NCBI RefSeq assembly: GCF_000025685.1
Contig: NC_013964.1
Span: 1-32,000, forward strand
Length of the DNA stretch: 32,000 nt
Source: Haloferax volcanii DS2
GTDB taxonomy: Archaea > Halobacteriota > Halobacteria > Halobacteriales > Haloferacaceae
Direction: 5' to 3'
This document shows, one piece after another, positions 1 to 8,594 of this stretch (positions are counted from its first letter, which is position 1; the number at the start of each line of letters is the position of its first letter). The translations under genes and the position numbers were made by a program. Under the pieces are notes generated by a model that ran no database searches, was not told the origin of the DNA, and was given only the letters and a program-made list of their open reading frames with translations.

Positions 1-28
1 CTGTGTCTTCCTCGTGACCGCCTCGGCC

Positions 29-42
29 GTTACAAACGCGAG
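29..42 (+). repeat. 14-nt repeat GTTACAAACGCGAG, copy 1, upstream of orc1/cdc6, followed by the G-rich GGTGGTG
   Basis: Identical 14-mer at 29-42 and 140-153, 111 bp apart. It contains the small palindrome CGTT-ACA-AACG. A degenerate third copy, CCGTTCAAACGG, is at 114-125. Confidence 0.6.
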
Positions 43-139
43 GGTGGTGTCTGACGGTCTTACTTGCGCGATACTACTCGTTGATCGTCGAATCCAAAAC
101 CGGGTCCGAAGTGCCGTTCAAACGGCCGTATTTGTCGCT

Positions 140-153
140 GTTACAAACGCGAG
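140..153 (+). repeat. 14-nt repeat GTTACAAACGCGAG, copy 2, followed by TCCACCCC (an inverted G-string), just upstream of the orc1 TATA
   Basis: Exact match to 29-42. Its flank GAGTCCACCCC is the reverse complement of a GGGGTGGA-type G-string, which resembles GAGGGTGGTG next to copy 1. Confidence 0.6.
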
Positions 154-167
154 TCCACCCCTTCACA

Positions 168-174
168 TTTATTA
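168..174 (+). promoter_or_regulatory. TATA-like box (TTTATTA) for a near-leaderless orc1 transcript
   Basis: AT-rich heptamer centred about 30 nt upstream of the ATG at 201. This spacing is typical of haloarchaeal leaderless promoters. Confidence 0.45.
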
Positions 175-200
175 CGGGTGAGTATGAATACCGAACTCAC

Positions 201-1433
201 ATGACATCGGACGAGAGCGAGGGTGGGACCCGCGACCCGCTGTTCCGCTATGACCAACCCATTTTCGCGAACGAGGATATCCTCAAAATCTCTCATCTCC
301 CCGGTCCCGACAAGATTGTCGGCCGCGACGAGCATATGTCGAAAGTCGCACAGGCGCTCAACCCCGCCATCTTCGGACGCGAACCGACCCATCTGTTCAT
401 CTTCGGCAAGACCGGGTCGGGAAAGACGCTCACCGCTCGCCTCGTGAGCGAGCGACTCCAACACGAGGCGGTCCGCGAGGACGTCGACGTCCGCATCGCC
501 GTCATCGACTGCGGCGAACAGCACACCGAGGCCTCGGTCATCAAGACGCTCGCCTCGCAGGTCAACGACCCGTCGAAAAGCGGGATGACGATTCCCGAGC
601 GCGGGCTGTCGACCGGCGACTACTACAACCGCCTGTGGCAGGTGCTCGACACCTGTTCCGACGTGACCATCGTCATCCTCGACGAAATCGATATGCTCCG
701 CGACGACGAGGTGCTCCGAAAGCTCTCGCGCGCGGGCGAGAATCAAAAGATAGTGGACTCGCGCATCGGCATTATCGGCATCTCGAACAAAATCGACTAC
801 CCCGAGGAACTCACGGAGCGCGTCAAATCGAGCTTCGCCCACGACGAACTCGTCTTCCCGTCGTACGACGCGAACCAACTCCGCGAAATCCTCGAAAACC
901 GGAAGGACGCGTTCAAGCCCGGCGTCCTCACCGACGACGTGATTCCCCTCGCGAGCGCGCTCGCCGCCCAGGAACACGGCGACGCCCGGAAGGCCATCGA
1001 CATCCTGCGCAACGCCGGCCGAATCGCGCGAAACGAGAGCGCCGAGACCGTCACCGACGACCACGTGCGGGCGGCCAAGGAGAAAAGCGAGGCCGACCGC
1101 TTCAGCGAACTCCTCGAAGGGACCGCCACGCAGTCGAAGGCCGTCCTCTACTCGCTGGTCCTCCAGACCGGCGGCCGGAAGACCGCCGAGATTACGACGA
1201 ACAAGATTTACCGACAGTATCTCACCGTCGCCGACGACCTCGACATGGACCAACTCTCCGAGCGCCGCGTGCAGGAACTCCTGCAGGAACTCGACTTCCT
1301 CAACGTCATCCAGTCGGAGGTCCGCGGGCGCGGCCGCGGACAGGGCGTCCACGGGACCCACCGCCTGCTCGAGGACCCGGACATCGTCAAGCGAGTGCTC
1401 CTCCGGGACAGCCGTATCTCCACGCTCGAATAG
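201..1433 (+). CDS. orc1: Orc1/Cdc6 replication initiator (AAA+ ATPase with C-terminal winged helix)
   Basis: Walker A GKTGSGKT, Walker B IVILDEID and sensor region GDARKAIDILR. I prefer the ATG at 201 (MTSDESEGG) to the TTG at 81 given by the ORF track, because a TATA-like box lies 30 nt upstream of 201. Confidence 0.93.
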   Translation: MTSDESEGGTRDPLFRYDQPIFANEDILKISHLPGPDKIVGRDEHMSKVAQALNPAIFGREPTHLFIFGKTGSGKTLTARLVSERLQHEAVREDVDVRIAVIDCGEQHTEASVIKTLASQVNDPSKSGMTIPERGLSTGDYYNRLWQVLDTCSDVTIVILDEIDMLRDDEVLRKLSRAGENQKIVDSRIGIIGISNKIDYPEELTERVKSSFAHDELVFPSYDANQLREILENRKDAFKPGVLTDDVIPLASALAAQEHGDARKAIDILRNAGRIARNESAETVTDDHVRAAKEKSEADRFSELLEGTATQSKAVLYSLVLQTGGRKTAEITTNKIYRQYLTVADDLDMDQLSERRVQELLQELDFLNVIQSEVRGRGRGQGVHGTHRLLEDPDIVKRVLLRDSRISTLE

Positions 1434-1554
1434 CGACGCACGGCACGCGACGCCTGCGTCCGCACGGGTCTCCGATGCTGTCGGCCGCGTCGGAAAAAAG
1501 CTACCGCACGAACCCTTAACACACGTCCGTCTCTGTCGATAGACGACCGAAACC

Positions 1555-2712
1555 ATGGACGAAGAGTTACGCTCGTTGCTCACGAGTCTCGTCGAAATCG
1601 AGACCGAGAATCCGCCGGGGGACGAGGCGGCGGCGGCGCAGTTCGTGTCCGACTGGCTGGACTCCCGAGGCGTCTCGGCGACGCTCGTCGAGGAACCGTT
1701 CCCCGACCGACCGCAGGTCGCGGCCCGCGTCGGCGACGGCGAACCCTCGGTCGTCCTCAACGGCCACCTCGACGTGGTCCCGGCGGGCGACCGAGACCAG
1801 TGGACCCATCCACCGTACGACCCGACCGTCAGAGACGGCAGACTGTACGGTCGCGGGAGCGCGGACATGAAGTGCGGCGTCGCCCTCGCGATGCTCGCGA
1901 CGGTCGAGTTCGCCGACGCGTTCGAGTCCGGCGCGCTCGACGGCTCGCTCGTGTTCCACGCTGCCGTCGGCGAGGAGACGGCCGAACCGGGGACGAAGAC
2001 GCTCCTCGAACGCGGCTACGACGGCACCTACGGCGTCGTGCTCGAACCGACGGCGTTGCGGACCGCGACGAGCGCGAAGGGGCTCGGTTGGTACGAGATT
2101 TCCGTCGGCGGCGACCCGTCGCACGCGAGTCGGCCCGACGAGGGGGACAACGCGATTGGGAACGCTCGTCCCGTTCTCGACGCGCTCGAAGCGTACGACG
2201 AGGAGATTCGGGCACGCTCCGACTCGCTCGTCGGTCGCCCGACCGCGACGGTCACGCGGTTCGAGGCGGGGACGAAGGAGAACGTCGTTCCGGAGAGCGC
2301 GACCATCACGGTCGACAGGCGGTTCGTCCCCGCTGAGACAGTCGAGGAAGTCGACGCCGAAATCGACGCGCTGCTCTCCGACGTGACGGCCGAACACGAC
2401 CTGAACGTCGAGTGGACGCGAACGCGAGTCTACGAATCGGCGGCGGTTCCGACCGACAGCGACATCGCGGCGCGCTTTCGGGACGCGGCCGCCGAGCGGG
2501 CGGATATCGACCCCGAGCCGTGGGGGATTCGGGCGGCGACCGACGTTCGGAACCTCGTCAACGACGCCGGGATGGACGCGATTACGTGGGGGCCGGGGTC
2601 GATGGCGCAGGCCCACGCCTACGACGAGTACATCGAACTGTCGGAGGTCGAAGCCGGGTACGACATCCTCCGCACGGCGCTCCGCGGGCTGTTCGAGGCC
2701 GGCGCAGACTGA
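1555..2712 (+). CDS. M20-family metallopeptidase (ArgE/DapE-like deacylase)
   Basis: Motifs NGHLDVVP and GRGSADMKCG with a later EE pair, in the typical M20 catalytic plus dimerisation layout. 385 aa, acidic. Confidence 0.85.
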   Translation: MDEELRSLLTSLVEIETENPPGDEAAAAQFVSDWLDSRGVSATLVEEPFPDRPQVAARVGDGEPSVVLNGHLDVVPAGDRDQWTHPPYDPTVRDGRLYGRGSADMKCGVALAMLATVEFADAFESGALDGSLVFHAAVGEETAEPGTKTLLERGYDGTYGVVLEPTALRTATSAKGLGWYEISVGGDPSHASRPDEGDNAIGNARPVLDALEAYDEEIRARSDSLVGRPTATVTRFEAGTKENVVPESATITVDRRFVPAETVEEVDAEIDALLSDVTAEHDLNVEWTRTRVYESAAVPTDSDIAARFRDAAAERADIDPEPWGIRAATDVRNLVNDAGMDAITWGPGSMAQAHAYDEYIELSEVEAGYDILRTALRGLFEAGAD

Positions 2713-2736
2713 CACCGACTGTCGGCTGACGGGCTG

Positions 2737-2742
2737 AAAAAA
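2737..2742 (-). terminator. Oligo-T (T6 on the minus strand) downstream of the GlcG-like gene
   Basis: A6 on the plus strand lies 18-23 nt beyond the stop at 2760. Archaeal termination commonly uses oligo-T tracts. Confidence 0.4.
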
Positions 2743-2759
2743 CGTGACGCCGCGTTCGG

Positions 2760-3179
2760 CTATTCGACGAGTTCTTCGAACCGCTCGACCGCGGCGCTCG
2801 CGACCGCCATGTCTTCGGACACCTCGCCGCCGCTGACGCCGACGGTCCCGACGAGTTCGCCGTCGACTTCGAGCGGATAGCCGCCGCCGAAGACGACGAG
2901 TCGATTCTCGTCCGTCGTCTGGAGGCCCCACAGCGACTCGCCGGGCTGGCTCCCCTCGGCGAGTTCGTGCGTGGGCATCTGCAGCGCGGCCGCCGTGTAC
3001 GCCTTGTTTCGAGAGATGTTGACGCTCGCCAGCCACGCGTCGTCCATTCGGTGCTGTGCGATGAGGTTACCCTCCGGGTTCGCGACCGTAATCACCATTC
3101 GCAGCCCCATCGACTCGGCTTCCGCTTCCGCCGCTTCGATGAGTGTCTTCGCCGTCTCGAGATTGATTGCATCGGACAT
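2760..3179 (-). CDS. GlcG/HbpS-like (DUF336) putative heme-binding protein
   Basis: 139 aa with the family-typical ending GGGYPL...GxxGVSGG and the NISRNKAYTAA segment. Confidence 0.75.
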   Translation of the reverse strand: MSDAINLETAKTLIEAAEAEAESMGLRMVITVANPEGNLIAQHRMDDAWLASVNISRNKAYTAAALQMPTHELAEGSQPGESLWGLQTTDENRLVVFGGGYPLEVDGELVGTVGVSGGEVSEDMAVASAAVERFEELVE

Positions 3180-3413
3180 ATCGCTTCGTCGAAACCGGTC
3201 TCGACGGCCCTACTTATACGTGCGCCGCGGGTCTCGAACGAGCGGCCGATTTCGCTCCTCTCTCCCGATTTCGGGCGTCTGAGTGACCCTCGAACGACGC
3301 TGACGGGAGAACAACAACTATTGGTTCTCTTATACTTATTGTCAACCCTCGGAATCGGGTCGAAGACGCATCGAGAAGACGTTCGGTTCGAGGCGAACCG
3401 ACCCGATAGCCGG

Positions 3414-4661
3414 TCAGTCGTACAGCGGGTACTCGGCGGTCAGTTCGTCGACCTTCTGGTCGACGAACCCCTCGACCGACTCGTCGTGCGGCGCGTCGAC
3501 GATTTCGTAGATGAGGTCCGCGACGGTCCGGCAGGCCTCCTCGTCGAAGCCGCGGGTCGTCAACGCGGGCGTGCCGGCGCGAATCCCGCTCGGGTTGAAC
3601 GCCGAACGACTCTCGCCGGGAACCGTGTTGGCGTTGAGGACGATACCGACCTCTTCGAGCGCCGCTTCCACGTCCTTGCCCGTCGTGTCCGGGTGCGACG
3701 GCCGGAGGTCGACAAGAACTAAGTGCGTGTCAGTCCCCTCGGAGACGAGTTCGAGGCCGCGTTCCTGTAACCGCTCGCCGAGGGCGGCGGCGTTATCGAC
3801 GACCTGCGAGGCGTACTCCTCGAACTCGGGGGTTAGCGCCTCGCCGAAGCCGACGGCCTTGCCGGCGACGTTGTGCAGTATCGGTCCGCCTTGGAGGCCG
3901 GGGAAGACCGCGGAATCGACGTCGTCGGCGTGTTCCTCGTCGCACATGATGATGCCGCCGCGACCCGACCGAATCGTCTTGTGGGTCGAGCCGGTGACGA
4001 AGTCCGCGGTGCCGACGGGCGACGAGTGTTCGCCCGCGGCGACGAGGCCCGTGATGTGGGCGATGTCGGCGAGGTGGTACGCGTCGACCGAGTCGGCCGC
4101 GGCCTGTACGCGCTCCCACTCGACCTCTCGCGGGTACGCGGAGTAGCCCGAGATGATGATGTCCGGGTCGAACGCCTCGGCTTTCGCGGCGAGTTGGTCG
4201 TAGTCGACGTAGCCCGTCTCGGCGTTGACCTCGTACTGTTCGACCTCGTACGTCTTCCCCGCGACGTTCACCGGGTGGCCGTGGCTCAGGTGGCCGCCGT
4301 GGGTCAGGTCCAAGGAGAGAATCTTGTCGCCGGGGTCGAGCACGGCGAGGAACACGCCCATGTTCGCCTGCGAGCCCGAGTGCGGTTGGACGTTGACGTG
4401 CTCCGCGCCCCAGAGCTCCTTGGCGCGGTCGATGGCGAGCTGTTCGACCTCGTCGGCGTACTCACAGCCGCCGTAGTACCGGCTCCCCGGGTAGCCCTCG
4501 GCGTAGTTGTTCGTCAGTTCCGAGCTTTGGGCCTCCATGACCGCCTCGCTGACGTGGTTCTCGCTCGCTATCATGGCGAGCGTATCGTTCTGTCGTTCGC
4601 GTTCGCCCGCCAGCGCGTCGGCGACGGCCGGATCGGTCCCTCGAACGGTGTCGTAAGGCAT
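3414..4661 (-). CDS. glyA: Serine hydroxymethyltransferase
   Basis: Motifs LIASENHVS and GSTHKT (PLP lysine), and SHMT-like over its full length. Start trimmed to MPYDTVRG (ATG at 4661); the 58-codon upstream extension in the ORF track is basic and implausible. Confidence 0.93.
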   Translation of the reverse strand: MPYDTVRGTDPAVADALAGERERQNDTLAMIASENHVSEAVMEAQSSELTNNYAEGYPGSRYYGGCEYADEVEQLAIDRAKELWGAEHVNVQPHSGSQANMGVFLAVLDPGDKILSLDLTHGGHLSHGHPVNVAGKTYEVEQYEVNAETGYVDYDQLAAKAEAFDPDIIISGYSAYPREVEWERVQAAADSVDAYHLADIAHITGLVAAGEHSSPVGTADFVTGSTHKTIRSGRGGIIMCDEEHADDVDSAVFPGLQGGPILHNVAGKAVGFGEALTPEFEEYASQVVDNAAALGERLQERGLELVSEGTDTHLVLVDLRPSHPDTTGKDVEAALEEVGIVLNANTVPGESRSAFNPSGIRAGTPALTTRGFDEEACRTVADLIYEIVDAPHDESVEGFVDQKVDELTAEYPLYD

Positions 4662-4684
4662 CGTGGGTGCATCTCGACTCTGCG

Positions 4685-4691
4685 GTATAAC
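4685..4691 (-). promoter_or_regulatory. TATA-like box (minus strand, within CGTTATACC) for leaderless glyA
   Basis: Centred about 27 nt upstream of the glyA ATG at 4661. Confidence 0.45.
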
Positions 4692-4796
4692 GCTTCGCCG
4701 TCCCCCGAGACGAGGGCGGTACGCCGAACCAGAACCACAACGTGACAGGACGCGCACGTTCTGTGTTCGGGTCGATGAGCGCGGTGAGTGCCGCTT

Positions 4797-4817
4797 GGAT
4801 ATCTTCGAAAGATATCC
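4797..4817. promoter_or_regulatory. 21-bp palindrome GGATATCTT-cga-AAGATATCC in the divergent glyA / dehydratase intergenic region
   Basis: The two 9-bp arms are perfect reverse complements with a 3-nt centre. It lies in the middle of the 362-bp divergent region. Confidence 0.5.
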
Positions 4818-5023
4818 TGAATTGGGTTCGCTCACGGCCGAAATCGACGTATTACGTGTTCAGTTCTCACCGAGACGAGTACCCACCGGCGATAGCTCTA
4901 TATTGGAACTTCGTCACGTCTCTCACATACCGTGCCAAGAACTATCACAGACCACGGAACGTCCCGAGGGGACACGCGCACGCCCCGGCGAGCCGTTCGG
5001 CCGACCGCCGAGGTGAGCCGCCG

Positions 5024-6265
5024 ATGAGTGAGGTCGAGTCCCTCCCGGTGCAGTACAGCGACATCGAGCGCGCGAGCGAGCGACTCGAAAACGACCGCGT
5101 CGTCAAGCGGACGCCGATAGAGCGGAGCACCTCGCTCGGTGACCTCGTCGGCGCGGACGTCTACCTGAAGATGGAACACCTCCAGTGGACGGGGTCGTTC
5201 AAGACGCGCGGTGCGTACAACAAGATTCGACAGGATACCGACCGCGGCATCGACGAGTTCGTGGCCGCGAGCGCCGGTAATCACGCGCAGGGCGTCGCGC
5301 TCGCGGCGACCGAGTGCGGGGCCGACTCCACGGTCGTGATGCCGGAGAACGCCCCGCAGACGAAAATCGACGCGACGCGCGACTACGGCGCGGAAGTCGA
5401 ACTCGTCGGCGAGGACTTCCAGGAGACGATGGCGTACGCCCAGTCGCTCGCCGAGGAGTCGGACGCCGAGTTCGTCCACGCGTACGACGACTGCGACATC
5501 GTGGCCGGACAGGGAACGCTCGGCGTCGAGATGTACCGCGACCTCCCCGAGATGGACACCGTGGTCGTCCCCATCGGCGGCGGCGGGCTCATCTCGGGTA
5601 TCGCCACCGCCATCAAGCACCACGACCCCGAGATTCGCGTCGTCGGCGTGCAGGCTGAGGGCGCGGAGACGGTCCACGAGAGCCTCGACAAAGGCGTTCC
5701 CGTGACGCTCGACGACACCAACACCATCGCGGACGGCATCGCCACCGGCGGCATCTCCGAGTTGACGCTCCGAACCATCGAGGAACACGTCGACGAGGTC
5801 GTCACGGTCTCCGACGGGGAAATCGCGGAGGCCATCCTCCTCTTGCTCGAACGCGCCAAGCAGGTCGTCGAGGGTGCCGGTGCCGCCTCCGTCGCCGCCG
5901 TGCTGAGCGACGACCTCGACGTCGAGGGCGAGACCGTCATGCCGCTTCTCTGCGGGGGCAATCTGGACATGACGATGCTCCAGACGGTGCTCGTCCACGC
6001 GCTCACCAGCCGTCGCCAGACGCTCCGTCTCCGGGTTCGAATCCGGGACGAACCCGGCGAGATGGCGCGACTCTCCCGGCTCATCGCCGACCGCGACGCG
6101 AACATTCACGACGTTCGCCACGTCCGCGCCGTCGACGCCCTCGACGTCGGCGAGGCCCACCTCCTGTTCCGCATCGAGACCAAGGGAGCCGAACACGCGG
6201 CGGCCGTCGTGGACACGATAGAGGACGCGGGCTACGCGGTCGACGACGTTTCGGAGCCGAGCTAG
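5024..6265 (+). CDS. PLP-dependent threonine/serine ammonia-lyase (dehydratase) with C-terminal ACT-like regulatory domain
   Basis: SFKTRGA (PLP lysine), GGGGLISG glycine loop, and a C-terminal region of about 90 aa resembling a regulatory domain. Start taken at the ATG at 5024 (MSEVESLP), which is preceded by GGTGA 8 nt upstream. Confidence 0.88.
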   Translation: MSEVESLPVQYSDIERASERLENDRVVKRTPIERSTSLGDLVGADVYLKMEHLQWTGSFKTRGAYNKIRQDTDRGIDEFVAASAGNHAQGVALAATECGADSTVVMPENAPQTKIDATRDYGAEVELVGEDFQETMAYAQSLAEESDAEFVHAYDDCDIVAGQGTLGVEMYRDLPEMDTVVVPIGGGGLISGIATAIKHHDPEIRVVGVQAEGAETVHESLDKGVPVTLDDTNTIADGIATGGISELTLRTIEEHVDEVVTVSDGEIAEAILLLLERAKQVVEGAGAASVAAVLSDDLDVEGETVMPLLCGGNLDMTMLQTVLVHALTSRRQTLRLRVRIRDEPGEMARLSRLIADRDANIHDVRHVRAVDALDVGEAHLLFRIETKGAEHAAAVVDTIEDAGYAVDDVSEPS

Positions 6266-6419
6266 CGCCCGGTTCCTCGGTCTCGACCGTTCTCGCAGCC
6301 GAATCCCGAATGCCTCTCGATTTGATACGACGTGTGAGATGCGGCGGGACGCGGCTTGAACGACGAACGCACTGATGTCCTCTCCGCGAAGCGACTCACC
6401 GATACCGACGAAGCGTCCG

Positions 6420-7298
6420 CTACGTCTCTCCGGCCGATTGCCGGATGCGCGCCACGACGTCTTCCCGACTCACGTCGGGGTCGTCGTCGGTCGTGAGTCG
6501 GCCCATCACGAATTCGAGCAGGTCGAGGTCTTGGAGCAGGTCGAGCGCGTCCATGCGTTCGAGGTCGAGCGCCTTGCCGAACTCGTAGACGGTCTTGGCG
6601 TCGTTGGCGGCGTCGGCGAGTTGGTCGATTGTGACGGACTCGGGGAGGCCGATGCCGTCGGCGAGCGCCTCGGGCGACCCGTCGCCGTCCGCCGCGGGTG
6701 CCGGTGGTCGCTCGACGCCCGTCGGGTCGCCGGCGAGCGACGTTTCGTACGACGACGGTTCGTGGACGCCTTGGTCGATCATGTACCTGCGGACCGTCTC
6801 GTCCGTCACGTCCATCTCGAAGGCGTCGGCCATCCGCTCGAACGTCTCGTACCGCGCGTACACGGCTTCGAGGTACGTCGTGTCTTCGAACGCCGGCACG
6901 TTCGGGTTCCGAACGGCTTCGTGCGGTTCGGAATCGGCGTCGTCGTCGGCCGTCTCGGTTGAACTCGTCGTCGGCGCATCGGTCGCGACCGTGACGACGA
7001 CCGCCGGGTCGCCGTCGAGCGAGACGTCCGCGGCGTCGACGGCGACGTGCTCGCGGTCGCTCGGCAGCACGTCGTCGACGCCGAGCGTGAGCCCAATCGA
7101 CCCGTCGGAGTCGAGCGACGCCCCTCGGATTCGAACGGGGATGTCGCCGTCGGCGTCCGACGAGAGCGCGAACTCGACATCCGCGGACGCGCCCGAGTCC
7201 GTGACCGTCACGGACGACTCGCGGACGCTCGCGGCGTCCGTCCGCTCGCACTCTTCGAGGAATTCGCCCAGCCGCCGAAGCGATGTACCCACGCTCAT
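6420..7298 (-). CDS. Acidic hypothetical protein (N-terminal beta-rich region, Thr/Asp linker, two helical C-terminal segments that may be HTH-like)
   Basis: 292-aa ORF with haloarchaeal acidic composition. I recognise no motif. It is divergent from the HTH_10 gene. Confidence 0.6.
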   Translation of the reverse strand: MSVGTSLRRLGEFLEECERTDAASVRESSVTVTDSGASADVEFALSSDADGDIPVRIRGASLDSDGSIGLTLGVDDVLPSDREHVAVDAADVSLDGDPAVVVTVATDAPTTSSTETADDDADSEPHEAVRNPNVPAFEDTTYLEAVYARYETFERMADAFEMDVTDETVRRYMIDQGVHEPSSYETSLAGDPTGVERPPAPAADGDGSPEALADGIGLPESVTIDQLADAANDAKTVYEFGKALDLERMDALDLLQDLDLLEFVMGRLTTDDDPDVSREDVVARIRQSAGET

Positions 7299-7540
7299 TG
7301 TCCGTTTCGACGGACGCGCCGAGACTCCCTGAAAAGCGGTGTGGAATACTGAGTCAGTTTATATAGCCCCACAGAATATGCGGCGAAAAGTATAAACAAA
7401 AATCTAATGTTCACACTACTATATCGTGCCCACGAGAAACGCTTCTGTCGCGAGCGTCGACGCGAGTTCGCGACCTTCAACCGAACCGGCAGTCCGGCTT
7501 CCCCGGTGTCGAATCTCTGTATCCACGAGGTGAAGACACG

Positions 7541-8191
7541 ATGAGTCTGATAACCGTTGCCGACATCGCGCACGACGACCTCGCGCTGACGCCGACGATT
7601 CAGTCGGAGGCCGCGAGCGAGATAGACGTCATCTCTCAATCCGCGACCGACCCCGAGACCGGCCTGTTTTTCTTCGTCGTGAAGGGCGCGGACGTCTCGG
7701 CGTTCGAAGCGGCGCTGGAGGTCGACCACACGGTCAGCGACTGGCAGCTCGTCTCCGAGCGGGAGGAGTCGGCGGTGTATCGCATCGGACACACGCCCGA
7801 CACGATTCTCCTCTCGCCTATCATCACGGAACTCGGCGGGCTCATGCTCGACGCGTGCAGCAACGACACGGCGGGCTGGCGGGTCCGGCTCCAGCTTTCG
7901 GACCGCGAGGCGCTCTCAGAGGTGTGGGTGTACTGCGAGGCGAACGACATCTCCTTCGAGCTGAACCGGATGTTCCGACAGGACGGCTGGATGAACGGCG
8001 AGCCGAGCAAGCTGACCGACGCCCAGCGCGACGCGCTCGTCGCCGCCTACGAACACGGCTACTTCGAGGAGCCGCGAGAGGCGGCGCTGGACGACCTCTC
8101 GGAAGTACTCGACATCTCGCCGACGGCCGTCAGCGGACGCATCAGGCGGGGGACCGCGGAGCTGGTCGAGTCGATTCTCCTCGACGAGTGA
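7541..8191 (+). CDS. HTH_10 (bacterio-opsin-activator-type) transcription regulator
   Basis: C-terminal LTDAQRDALVAAYEHGYFEEPREAALDDLSEVLDISPTAVSGRIRRG is the canonical HTH_10 signature. Confidence 0.85.
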   Translation: MSLITVADIAHDDLALTPTIQSEAASEIDVISQSATDPETGLFFFVVKGADVSAFEAALEVDHTVSDWQLVSEREESAVYRIGHTPDTILLSPIITELGGLMLDACSNDTAGWRVRLQLSDREALSEVWVYCEANDISFELNRMFRQDGWMNGEPSKLTDAQRDALVAAYEHGYFEEPREAALDDLSEVLDISPTAVSGRIRRGTAELVESILLDE

Positions 8192-8219
8192 CGGAATAAC
8201 CCCCGAAGAAAGGCGGGAG

Positions 8220-8594
8220 TCAGACCGCGAGGACGTAGTCGTCCTGCGGTTCGTAGATTTCGCCGCTCATCCGCAGGTCGCGGACGGCGTCGAGCGTTTC
8301 GCCGATGGCGACGCCGTTGTCCGCGAGCGCCGCGGCGAGCCGCCCGAGTTCGACGCCGTCGGGGTGGTCCTCACCGAGTTCGGTGAGCGCCGTTTTCACG
8401 CCGTCGCTCTCGACGTCGACGTCGAACGCGACGCGCTCCCACTCGACGTCGTGGCCGGTGACGTTCGCGTGTCGCCGGTACAGGTCGACGGCGTCGTTCG
8501 GCTCCGTGACGGAGACGTGGAGGTCGCACGCCGGGCAGGTGACGACGCCGGCGTGTGGTTTTTCGGCTAGTTTGGCACTCTCGTCGTCAGGCAT
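8220..8594 (-). CDS. Small acidic protein with a C2H2-like metal site and a probable winged-helix C-terminus; translationally coupled to the Rieske oxygenase
   Basis: 124 aa, with C20-x2-C23-x18-H42-x5-H48. The C-terminal GEIYEPQDDYVLA resembles a wing hairpin. Its ATG (8592-8594) lies inside the last codons of the upstream gene (minus-strand ATGCCTGA, an 8-nt overlap). Confidence 0.7.
   Translation of the reverse strand: MPDDESAKLAEKPHAGVVTCPACDLHVSVTEPNDAVDLYRRHANVTGHDVEWERVAFDVDVESDGVKTALTELGEDHPDGVELGRLAAALADNGVAIGETLDAVRDLRMSGEIYEPQDDYVLAV

Noticed and set aside
81-200. N-terminal extensions in the ORF track: orc1 from the TTG at 81, glyA to 4835, dehydratase from 4742, Rieske to 9891, DMGO-type from 13322, parA to 18572, ADH to 28368, SDR from 28269, ATPase from 24492.
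   Set aside because: The extensions are basic or low-complexity and precede well-conserved family N-termini that begin at internal ATG or GTG codons. Several of the trimmed starts have a TATA-like box about 27-30 nt upstream or an ATGA/GTGA coupling overlap.
141-1868. Long antisense or off-frame ORFs across the window. Examples: 141-1868(-), 1567-3036(-), 4898-6196(-), 6262-7251(-), 8305-9930(+), 9888-11099(-), 11402-12991(-), 13445-15976(-), 20507-22777(-), 21043-22761(+), 23002-23800(+ part), 24705-26222(-), 27110-27976(-), 30715-31926(-).
   Set aside because: They are Arg/Pro/Gly-rich and basic, carry no recognisable motifs, and fully overlap acidic ORFs that have clear family signatures. 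Open shadow frames of this kind are expected in roughly 65% GC DNA.
1555-3179. M20 deacylase and GlcG-like protein considered as additional members of the betaine pathway.
   Set aside because: The proposed route needs no step that these families would catalyse. Adjacency alone is not enough, so I annotated them by family only.
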